Shown here piece by piece: positions 23,546 through 37,100 of a DNA stretch of 64,000 bases. Every line of letters starts with the position of its first letter. Position 1 is the stretch's first letter. Under the pieces are notes generated by a model that was not told where the DNA came from, did not search any database, and saw nothing but the letters and a program-made list of their open reading frames with translations. A program made the translations under genes and the position numbers. This DNA is from Nemertoderma westbladi (lineage: Eukaryota > Animalia > Xenacoelomorpha): assembly GCA_032718475.1 (NCBI GenBank), contig JAUCBJ010003506.1, positions 1 through 64,000 of the forward strand. The letters are read 5' to 3'.

Positions 23546-23984
23546 TCGCTAAACGGTTTTCAAATGTGGCATCTTGATAAAAATTTGCTTTAGATGAAAC
23601 ATAAAATGGATTGAGAAGGAGAAATTGGTAGCCTGCAGTACTACTCCCCTTAGAACTTCATAGAAATCGAATCTGTTCATACAGCAGTTCATTACGTTCC
23701 CATAACGTAATTTTTCCATTGCCAATTCTATTTCGATGCTCTTTCATCACATGAAAAGTTTACAAAAATATTTCCACAGGTTCTTTCCGGGAAAAAAGTA
23801 AAATCAATGCTATCCTGTAGGTTACGTTTTCCATAAGGAAACAGTATATACATCTTTTCTCCCACTGTGCGGTATATTCCGGTCGAAAAAATAGAATTTA
23901 AGAATAATTGCAGTATATCTTGTTTCAGAATTTCAATATTGCGGTTGTTCACTTAAAATGCGCGCAGAAATGAGTGATGTGAAT

Positions 23985-24291
23985 TGGCGCCTTACTGTGG
24001 CGCCTTTACTGTGGTGCCTTACTGTGGCGCCTTTACTGTGGCGCCTTTACTGTGGTGCCTTACTGTGGCGCCTTACTGTGGCGCCTTTACTGTGGCGCCT
24101 TACTGTGGCGCCTTACTGTGGCGCCTTTACTGTGGCGCCTTACTGTGGCGCCTTTACTGTGGCGCCTTACTGTGGAGCCTTACTGTGGCGCCTTTACTGT
24201 GGCGCCTTACTGTGGCGCCTTACTGTGGCGTCTTACTGTGGCGTCTTACTGTGGCGCCTTACTGTGGCGCCTTACTGTGGCGCCTTTACTG
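23985..24291. repeat. 13/14-bp GC-rich minisatellite, ~23 units (TGGCGCCTTACTG / TGGCGCCTTTACTG)
   Basis: Directly visible; ends ~33 nt before the acceptor AG of CCDC33 exon 2. Confidence 0.97.
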
Positions 24292-24326
24292 TACATTTAC
24301 TCTACATTATTAATCGTTTTCGGCAG

Positions 24327-24481
24327 GAATGACGAGCAACATGATGTCCATTTATTGATTGAGTGTTTCGATGTTGTGGATGGAAGCAACCGGAGGGCGG
24401 GGGAGGCCAGAGTGGCGATATACCCAAGGCCGAACGCGCCGAGGATCAACCTGAATGTCGCCGCTGGGGAATGGATGCTCA
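24327..24481 (+). CDS. CCDC33: CCDC33-like, second coding exon
   Basis: Acceptor TTTTCGGCAG and donor A|GTAAGT. Joins exon 1 in phase to give GFCRNDEQHDVHLLIEC...RAGEARVAIYPRPNAPRIN, matching from memory vertebrate GFCKNDGQHDAQLHVE...RVGEAIFPIYPRPDQPRMN. Confidence 0.85.
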
Positions 24482-24655
24482 GTAAGTACCGGTACAAAAT
24501 AGGCCTAAGTTACTGATGGTGATGATGGATACTCTATTAAAACTCTATTCCCGTTTTGTAGTACTGTATGTAAAATGGACGCAAAACACGCCTTGGCGAA
24601 TTAATATCCCGCCTCAATGTTAAATTCTCAATTTAGGTTCCAGTTCCAATTCAAT

Positions 24656-24765
24656 ACGTTACAGTGGCACGTTATTTTAACCAAAACAATAAACTAAATA
24701 TAATATAATAGGTTACAGTTTTATTTTTGAGAATAATCAGCTGTTATTTGCGTCGAATTTCGAAT
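24656..24765 (-). repeat. Dispersed repeat copy, inverted relative to 21780-21885
   Basis: gttattttaaccaaaacaataaactaaa...ataatcagctgttatttgc is the reverse complement of the 21790-21870 segment. Confidence 0.75.
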
Positions 24766-25156
24766 TTATTGCGTTACCAGCCCCCCCCCCCCCCCCCCCA
24801 CCTTCCCTATCTGTAAATTTGTTATACATAACATAAATCTATGTCATAAATCTTATAAATTTAGCGGAAATTTTGGCATTGCCATTGATCTAAAGCCCCC
24901 AAACCCTCTGAAACTAACATTCAGTAGGCCTATTTCTTGGGGAGGGAGAGAAGGTTAAGTTACTTACTTTATTTTGTGTCGGACGTTTATTGCAGATTTC
25001 CAGGGAACAATGGCTTTGTTGCGAACTCAGTCAATGGATCCTATAGAAATGCATTGCGCTAGAATAACTCATAAAACCGGGTTGCGACAATGGGCTCCCC
25101 AAATCAAACCAAAACCCGCCCCCAAAAAAGAGCCCGTTAGGTAGTTAAAATTTAAA

Positions 25157-28100
25157 TATTGTTGTCTCACACTGCCATTATTATTGTCCCACACTACCAT
25201 TATTATTGTCTCACACTACCATTATTATTGTCTCACACTACCATTATAATTGTATCACACTACAGTATTTATTTGTTGTCTCGCACTAACATTACTATTG
25301 TCTCACACTACCATGAATATTGTCTCACACTACCATTATAATTGTATAACACAACCATTATAATTGTATCACACAACCATTATAATTGTATCACACTACA
25401 GTTATTATTGTCTTACACTACCATTATTATTGTCTCACACTACCATTATAATTGTATCACACTACAGTATTTATTGTTGTCTCGCACTAACATTGCTATT
25501 GTCTCACACTACCATGATTATTGTCTCACACTACCATTATAATTGTATCACACAACCATTATAATTGTATCACATTACCATTATTATTGTCTCACACTAC
25601 CATTATTATTGTCTCACACTACCATTATAATTGTATCACACTACCATTATTATTGTCTCACAATACCATTATAATTGTATCACACTACAGTATTTATTGT
25701 TGTCTCGCACTAACATTACTATTGTCTCACACTACCATGATTATTGTCTCACACTACCATTATAATTGTATAACACAACCATTATAATTGTATCACACTA
25801 CAGTATTTATTATTGTCTCGCACTAACATTACTATTGTCTCACACTACCATGATTATTGTCTCACACAACCATTATAATTGTATCACATTACCATTATTA
25901 TTGTCTCACACTATCATTATTATTGTCTCACACTACCATTATAATTGTATCACACTACCATTATTATTGTCTCACACTACCATTATAATTGTATCACACT
26001 ACAGTATTTATTGTTGTCTCGCACTAACATTACTATTGTCTCACACTACCATGATTATTGTCTCACACTACCATTATAATTGTATAACACAACCATTATA
26101 ATTGTATCACACTACAGTATTTATTGTTGTCTCGCACTAACATTGCTATTGTCTCACACTACCATGATTATTGTCTCACACTACCATTATAATTGTATCA
26201 CACAACCATTATAATTGTATCACATTACCATTATTATTGTCTCACACTACCATTATTATTGTCTCACACTACCATTATAATTGTATCACACTATAATTAT
26301 TATTGTCTCACACTACCATTATAATTGTATCACACTACAGTATTTATTGTTGTCTCGCACTAACATTACTATTGTCTCACACTACCATGATTATTGTCTC
26401 ACACTACCATTATAATTGTATCACACAACCTTTATAATTGTATCACACAACCATTATAATTGTATCACACTACAGTAATTATTGTTGTCTCACACTACCA
26501 TTATAATTGTATCACACTACAGTATTTATTGTTGTCTCACACTAACATTACTATTGTCTCACACTACCATGATTATTGTCTCACACTACCATTATAATTG
26601 TATCACACAACCATTATAATTGTATCACACAACCATTATAATTGTATCACACTACAGTTATTATTGTCTCACACTACCATTATTATTGTCTCACACTACC
26701 ATTATAATTGTATCACACTACAGTATTTATTGTTGTCTCGCACTAACATTACTATTGTCTCACACTACCATGATTATTGTTTCACACTACCATTATAATT
26801 GTATCACACAACCATTATAATTGTATCACACAACCATTATAATTGTATCACACTACAGTAATTATTGTTGTCTCACACTACCATTATAATTGTATCACAC
26901 TACAGTATTTATTGTTGTCTCGCACTAACATTACTATTGTCTCACACTACCATTATAATTGTATCACACAACCATTATAATTGTATCACACAACCATTAT
27001 AATTGTATCACACTACCATTATTATTGTCTCACACTACAATTATTATTGTCCCACACTACCATTTGTATTGTCTCACACTATCATTATAATTGTATCACA
27101 CTACAGTAATTATTGTTGTCTCGCACTACCATAAGTATTGTCTCACACTACCATGATTATTGTCTCACACTACCATTATAATGGTATCACATTACAGTAA
27201 TTATTGTTGTCTCACACTACCATTATTTATTGTCTCACACTACCATTATTATTATCTCACACTACCATTATTATTGCTCACACTACAATTATTATTGTCT
27301 CACATTACCATTATTATTGTCTCACACTACAATTATTATTGTCTCACACTACCATTATAATTGTATCACACTACAGTAATTATTGTTGTCTCACACTACC
27401 ATTATTTATTGTCTCACACTACCATTATTATTATCTCACACTACCATTATTATTGCTCACACTACAATTATTATTGTCTCACATTACCATTATTATTGTC
27501 TCACACTACAATTATTACTGTCTCACACTACCATTATAATTGTATCACACTGCTGTAATTATTGTTGTCTCGCACTGCCATTATTATTATCTCACACTAC
27601 CATTATTATTGTCTCACACTACAATTATTATTGTCTCACATTACCATTATAATTGTATCACACTACAGTAATTATTATTGTCTCACACTACCATTATTAT
27701 TATCTCACACTACCATTATTATTGTCTCACACTACCATTATTATTGTCTCACACGACCATTATTATTGCTCACACTACAATTATTATTGTCTCACCCTAC
27801 CATTATTATTGTCTCACACTACCATTATTATTGCTCACACTACAATTATTATTGTCTCACACTACCATTATAATTGTATCACACTACAGTTATTATTGTT
27901 GTCTCGCAAAACCATCATTATTGCCCACAGTACAATTATTATTGTCTCACACTACCAAAATAATTGTGTCACACTACAGTAATTATTGTTGTCTCGCACT
28001 GCCATTATTATTATCTCACACTACCATTATTATTGTCTCACACTACCATTATTATTGCTCACACTACAATTGTTATTGTCTCACATTACCATTATTATTG

Positions 28101-31100
28101 TATCACACTACAGTTATTATTGTTGTCTCGCAAAACCATCATTATTGCCCACAGTACAATTATTATTGTCTCACACTACCAAAATAATTGTGTCACACTA
28201 CAGTAATTATTGTTGTCTCGCACTGCCATTATTATTATCTCATACTACCATTATTATTGTCTCACACTACCATTATTATTGTCTCACACTACAATTATTA
28301 TTGTCTCACACTACCATTATAATTGTATCACACTACCATTATTATTATCTCACACTACCATTATTATTGTCTCACACTACCATTATAATTGTCTCGCACT
28401 ACCATTATTGTTGTCTCACACTACCATTATGTATTGTCTCACACTACCATTATTATTGTCTCACACTACCATTATAATTGTCTTACACTACCATTATTAT
28501 TGTCTCACATTACCATTATTATTGTCTCACACTACCATTATAATTGTATAACACAACCATTATAATTGTATCACACAACCATTATAATTGTATCACACTA
28601 CAGTTATTATTGTCTCACACTACCATTATTATTGTCTCACACTACCCTTATAATTGTATCACACTACAGTATTTATTGTTGTCTCGCACTAACATTACTA
28701 TTGTCTCACACTACCATGATTATTGTCTCACACTACCATTATAATTGTATCACACAACCATTATAATTGTATCACATTACCATTATTATTGTCTCACACT
28801 ACCATTATTATTGTCTCACACTACCATTATAATTGTATCACACTACCATTATTATTGTCTCACACTACCATTATAATTGTATCACACTACAGTATTTATT
28901 GTTGTCTCGCACTAACATTACTATTGTCTCACACTACCATGATTATTGTCTCACACTACCATTATAATTGTATCACACAACCTTTATAATTGTATTACAC
29001 AACCATTATAATTGTATCACACTACAGTAATTATTGTTGTCTCACACTACCATTATAATTGTATCACACTACAGTATTTATTGTTGTCTCGCACTAACAT
29101 TACTATTGTCTCACACTACCATGATTATTGTCTCACACTACCATTATAATTGTATCACACAACCATTATAATTGTATCACACAACCATTATAATTGTATC
29201 ACACTACATTTATTATTGTCTCAAACTACCATTATTATTGTCTCACACTACCATTATAATTGTATCACACTACAGTATTTATTGCTGTCTCGCACTAACA
29301 TTACTATTGTCTCACACTACCATGATTATTGTCTCACACTACCATTATAATTGTATCACACAACCATTATAATTGTATCACACAACCATTATAATTGTAT
29401 CACACTACAGTAATTATTGTTGTCTCACACTACCATTATAATTGTATCACACTACAGTATTTATTGTTGTCTCGCACTAACATTACTATTGTTTCACACT
29501 ACCATTATAATTGTATCACACAACCATTATAATTGTATCACACAACCATTATAATTGTATCACACTACCATTATTATTGTCTCACACTACAATTATTATT
29601 GTCCCACACTACCATTTGTATTGTCTCACACTATCATTATAATTGTATCACACTACAGTATTTATTGTTGTCTCGCACTAACATTACTATTGTCTCACAC
29701 TACCATGATTATTGTCTCACACTACCATTATAATTGTATCACACAACCATTATAATTGTATCACACAACCATTATAATTGTATCACACTACAGTAATTAT
29801 TGTTGTCTCACAATACCATTATAATTGTATCACACTACAGTATTTATTGTTGTCTCGCACTAACATTACTATTGTCTCACACTACCATTATAATTGTATC
29901 ACACAACCATTATAATTGTATCACACAACCATTATAATTGTCTCACACTACCATTATTATTGTCTCACACTACCATTATAATTGTATCACACTACCATTA
30001 TTATTGTCTCACACTACCATTATAATTGTATCACTCTACAGTATTTATTGTTGTCTCGCACTAACATTACTATTGTCTCACACTACCATGATTATTGTCT
30101 CACACTACCATTATAATTGTATCACACAACCATTATAATTGTATCACACAACCATTATAATTGTATCACACTACAGTAATTATTGTTGTCTCACACTACC
30201 ATTATAATTGTATCACACTACAGTATTTATTGTTGTCTCGCACTAACATTACTATTGTCTCACACTACCATGATTATTGTCTCACACTACCATTATAATT
30301 GTATCACACAACCATTATAATTGTATCACACAACCATTATAATTGTATCACACTACAGTAATTATTGTTGTCTCACACTACCATTATAATTGTATCACAC
30401 AACCATTATAATTGTCTCACACTACCATTATTATTGTCTCACACTACCATTATAATTGTATCACACTACCATTATTATTGTCTCACACTACCATTATAAT
30501 TGTATCACTCTACAGTATTTATTGTTGTCTCGCACTAACATTACTATTGTCTCACACTACCATGATTATTGTCTCACACCACCATTATAATTGTATCACA
30601 CAACCATTATAATTGTATCACACAACCATTATAATTGTATCACAGTACAGTAATTATTGTTGTCTCACACTACCATTATAATTGTATCACACTACAGTAT
30701 TTATTGTTGTCTCGCACTAACATTACTATTGTCTCACACTACCATGATTATTGTCTCACACTACCATTATAATTGTATCACACAACCATTATAATTGTAT
30801 CACACAACCATTATAATTGTATCACACTACAGTTATTATTGTCTCACACTACCATTATTATTGTCTCACACTACCATTATTATTGTCTCACACTACCATT
30901 ATTATTGCTCACACTACAATTATTATTGTCTCACACTACCATTATAATTGTATCACACTACAGTTATTATTGTTGTCTCGCAAAACCATCATTATTGCCC
31001 ACAGTACAATTATTATTGTCTCACACTACCAAAATAATTGTGTCACACTACAGTAATTATTGTTGTCTCGCACTGCCATTATTATTATCTCATACTACCA

Positions 31101-34100
31101 TTATTATTGTCTCACACTACCATTATTATTGTCTCACACTACAATTATTATTGTCTCACACTACCATTATAATTGTATCACACTACCATTATTATTATCT
31201 CACACTACCATTATTATTGTCTCACACTACCATTATAATTGTCTCGCACTACCATTATTGTTGTCTCACACTACCATTATGTATTGTCTCACACTACCAT
31301 TATTATTGTCTCACACTACCATTATAATTGTCTTACACTACCATTATTATTGTCTCACATTACCATTATTATTGTCTCACACTACCATTATAATTGTATA
31401 ACACAACCATTATAATTGTATCACACAACCATTATAATTGTATCACACTACAGTTATTATTGTCTCACACTACCATTATTATTGTCTCACACTACCCTTA
31501 TAATTGTATCACACTACAGTATTTATTGCTGTCTCGCACTAACATTACTATTGTCTCACACTACCATGATTATTGTCTCACACTACCATTATAATTGTAT
31601 CACACAACCATTATAATTGTATCACACAACCGTTATAATTGTATGACACTACAGTAATTATTGTTGTCTCACACTACCATTATAATTGTATCACACTACA
31701 GTATTTATTGTTGTCTCGCACTAACATTACTATTGTTTCACACTACCATTATAATTGTATCACACAACCATTATAATTGTATCACACAACCATTATAATT
31801 GTATCACACTACCATTATTATTGTCTCACACTACAATTATTATTGTCCCACACTACCATTTGTATTGTCTCACACTATCATTATAATTGTATCACACTAC
31901 AGTATTTATTGTTGTCTCGCACTAACATTACTATTGTCTCACACTACCATTATTATTGTCTCACACTACAATTATTATTGTCCCACACTACCATTTGTAT
32001 TGTCTCACACTATCATTATAATTGTATCACACTACAGTATTTATTGTTGTCTCGCACTAACATTACTATTGTCTCACACTACCATGATTATTGTCTCACA
32101 CTACCATTATAATTGTATCACACAACCATTATAATTGTATCACACAACCATTATAATTGTATCACACTACAGTAATTATTGTTGTCTCACAATACCATTA
32201 TAATTGTATCACACTACAGTATTTATTGTTGTCTCGCACTAACATTACTATTGTCTCACACTACCATTATAATTGTATCACACAACCATTATAATTGTAT
32301 CACACAACCATTATAATTGTCTCACACTACCATTATTATTGTCTCACACTACCATTATAATTGTATCACACTACCATTATTATTGTCTCACACTACCATT
32401 ATAATTGTATCACACTACAGTATTTATTGTTGTCTCGCACTAACATTACTATTGTCTCACACTACCGTGATTATTGTCTCACACTACCATTATAATTGTA
32501 TCACACAACCTTTATAATTGTATCACACAACCATTATAATTGTATCACACTACAGTAATTATTGTTGTCTCACACTACCATTATAATTGTATCACACTAC
32601 AGTATTTATTGTTGTCTCACACTAACATTACTATTGTCTCACACTACCATGATTATTGTCTCACACTACCATTATAATTGTATCACACAACCATTATAAT
32701 TGTATCACACAACCATTATAATTGTATCACACTACAGTATTTATTGTTGTCTCGCACTAACATTACTATTGTCTCACACTACCATGATTATTGTTTCACA
32801 CTACCATTATAATTGTATCACACAACCATTATAATTGTATCACACAACCATTATAATTGTATCACACTACAGTAATTATTGTTGTCTCACACTACCATTA
32901 TAATTGTATCACACTACAGTATTTATTGTTGTCTCGCACTAACATTACTATTGTCTCACACTACCATTATAATTGTATCACACAACCATTATAATTGTAT
33001 CACACAACCATTATAATTGTATCACACTACCATTATTATTGTCTCACACTACAATTATTATTGTCCCACACTACCATTTGTATTGTCTCACACTATCATT
33101 ATAATTGTATCACACTACAGTAATTATTGTTGTCTCGCACTACCATAAGTATTGTCTCACACTACCATGATTATTGTCTCACACTACCATTATAATGGTA
33201 TCACATTACAGTAATTATTGTTGTCTCACACTACCATTATTTATTGTCTCACACTACCATTATTATTATCTCACACTGCCATTATTATTGCTCACACTAC
33301 AATTATTATTGTCTCACATTACCATTATTATTGTCTCACACTACAATTATTATTGTCTCACACTACCATTATAATTGTATCACACTACAGTAATTATTGT
33401 TGTCTCACACTACCATTATTTATTGTCTCACACTACCATTATTATTATCTCACACTACCATTATTATTGCTCACACTACAATTATTATTGTCTCACATTA
33501 CCATTATTATTGTCTCACACTACAATTATTACTGTCTCACACTACCATTATAATTGTATCACACTGCTGTAATTATTGTTGTCTCGCACTGCCATTATTA
33601 TTATCTCACACTACCATTATTATTGTCTCACACTACAATTATTATTGTCTCACATTACCATTATAATTGTATCACACTACAGTAATTATTATTGTCTCAC
33701 ACTACCATTATTATTATCTCACACTACCATTATTATTGTCTCACACTACCATTATTATTGTCTCACACGACCATTATTATTGCTCACACTACAATTATTA
33801 TTGTCTCACCCTACCATTATTATTGTCTCACACTACCATTATTATTGCTCACACTACAATTATTATTGTCTCACACTACCATTATAATTGTATCACACTA
33901 CAGTTATTATTGTTGTCTCGCAAAACCATCATTATTGCCCACAGTACAATTATTATTGTCTCACACTACCAAAATAATTGTGTCACACTACAGTAATTAT
34001 TGTTGTCTCGCACTGCCATTATTATTATCTCACACTACCATTATTATTGTCTCACACTACCATTATTATTGCTCACACTACAATTGTTATTGTCTCACAT

Positions 34101-37100
34101 TACCATTATTATTGTATCACACTACAGTTATTATTGTTGTCTCGCAAAACCATCATTATTGCCCACAGTACAATTATTATTGTCTCACACTACCAAAATA
34201 ATTGTGTCACACTACAGTAATTATTGTTGTCTCGCACTGCCATTATTATTATCTCATACTACCATTATTATTGTCTCACACTACCATTATTATTGTCTCA
34301 CACTACAATTATTATTGTCTCACACTACCATTATAATTGTATCACACTACCATTATTATTATCTCACACTACCATTATTATTGTCTCACACTACCATTAT
34401 AATTGTCTCGCACTACCATTATTGTTGTCTCACACTACCATTATGTATTGTCTCACACTACCATTATTATTGTCTCACACTACCATTATAATTGTCTTAC
34501 ACTACCATTATTATTGTCTCACATTACCATTATTATTGTCTCACACTACCATTATAATTGTATAACACAACCATTATAATTGTATCACACAACCATTATA
34601 ATTGTATCACACTACAGTTATTATTGTCTCACACTACCATTATTATTGTCTCACACTACCCTTATAATTGTATCACACTACAGTATTTATTGTTGTCTCG
34701 CACTAACATTACTATTGTCTCACACTACCATGATTATTGTCTCACACTACCATTATAATTGTATCACACAACCATTATAATTGTATCACATTACCATTAT
34801 TATTGTCTCACACTACCATTATTATTGTCTCACACTACCATTATAATTGTATCACACTACCATTATTATTGTCTCACACTACCATTATAATTGTATCACA
34901 CTACAGTATTTATTGTTGTCTCGCACTAACATTACTATTGTCTCACACTACCATGATTATTGTCTCACACTACCATTATAATTGTATCACACAACCTTTA
35001 TAATTGTATTACACAACCATTATAATTGTATCACACTACAGTAATTATTGTTGTCTCACACTACCATTATAATTGTATCACACTACAGTATTTATTGTTG
35101 TCTCGCACTAACATTACTATTGTCTCACACTACCATGATTATTGTCTCACACTACCATTATAATTGTATCACACAACCATTATAATTGTATCACACAACC
35201 ATTATAATTGTATCACACTACATTTATTATTGTCTCAAACTACCATTATTATTGTCTCACACTACCATTATAATTGTATCACACTACAGTATTTATTGCT
35301 GTCTCGCACTAACATTACTATTGTCTCACACTACCATGATTATTGTCTCACACTACCATTATAATTGTATCACACAACCATTATAATTGTATCACACAAC
35401 CATTATAATTGTATCACACTACAGTAATTATTGTTGTCTCACACTACCATTATAATTGTATCACACTACAGTATTTATTGTTGTCTCGCACTAACATTAC
35501 TATTGTTTCACACTACCATTATAATTGTATCACACAACCATTATAATTGTATCACACAACCATTATAATTGTATCACACTACCATTATTATTGTCTCACA
35601 CTACAATTATTATTGTCCCACACTACCATTTGTATTGTCTCACACTATCATTATAATTGTATCACACTACAGTATTTATTGTTGTCTCGCACTAACATTA
35701 CTATTGTCTCACACTACCATGATTATTGTCTCACACTACCATTATATATTGTATCACACAACCATTATAATTGTATCACACAACCATTATAATTGTATCA
35801 CACTACAGTAATTATTGTTGTCTCACAATACCATTATAATTGTATCACACTACAGTATTTATTGTTGTCTCGCACTAACATTACTATTGTCTCACACTAC
35901 CATTATAATTGTATCACACAACCATTATAATTGTATCACACAACCATTATAATTGTCTCACACTACCATTATTATTGTCTCACACTACCATTATAATTGT
36001 ATCACACTACCATTATTATTGTCTCACACTACCATTATAATTGTATCACTCTACAGTATTTATTGTTGTCTCGCACTAACATTACTATTGTCTCACACTA
36101 CCATGATTATTGTCTCACACTACCATTATAATTGTATCACACAACCATTATAATTGTATCACACAACCATTATAATTGTATCGCACTACAGTAATTATTG
36201 TTGTCTCACACTACCATTATAATTGTATCACACTACAGTATTTATTGTTGTCTCGCACTAACATTACTATTGTCTCACACTACCATGATTATTGTCTCAC
36301 ACTACCATTATAATTGTATCACACATTCATTATAATTGTATCACACAACCATTATAATTGTATCACACTACAGTAATTATTGTTGTCTCACACTACCATT
36401 ATAATTGTATCACACAACCATTATAATTGTCTCACACTACCATTATTATTGTCTCACACTACCATTATAATTGTATCACACTACCATTATTATTGTCTCA
36501 CACTACCATTATAATTGTATCACTCTACAGTATTTATTGTTGTCTCGCACTAACATTACTATTGTCTCACACTACCATGATTATTGTCTCACACTACCAT
36601 TATAATTGTATCACACAACCATTATAATTGTATCACACAACCATTATAATTGTATCACAGTACAGTAATTATTGTTGTCTCACACTACCATTATAATTGT
36701 ATCACACTACAGTATTTATTGTTGTCTCGCACTAACATTACTATTGTCTCACACTACCATGATTATTGTCTCACACTACCATTATAATTGTATCACACAA
36801 CCATTATAATTGTATCACACAACCATTATAATTGTATCACACTACAGTTATTATTGTCTCACACTACCATTATTATTGTCTCACACTACCATTATTATTG
36901 TCTCACACTACCATTATTATTGCTCACACTACAATTATTATTGTCTCACACTACCATTATAATTGTATCACACTACAGTTATTATTGTTGTCTCGCAAAA
37001 CCATCATTATTGCCCACAGTACAATTATTATTGTCTCACACTACCAAAATAATTGTGTCACACTACAGTAATTATTGTTGTCTCGCACTGCCATTATTAT

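Noticed and set aside
23958-24332. ORFs of LLWRLTVAPYCGA type
   Set aside because: Minisatellite translations; only the part after the 24326 acceptor is coding.
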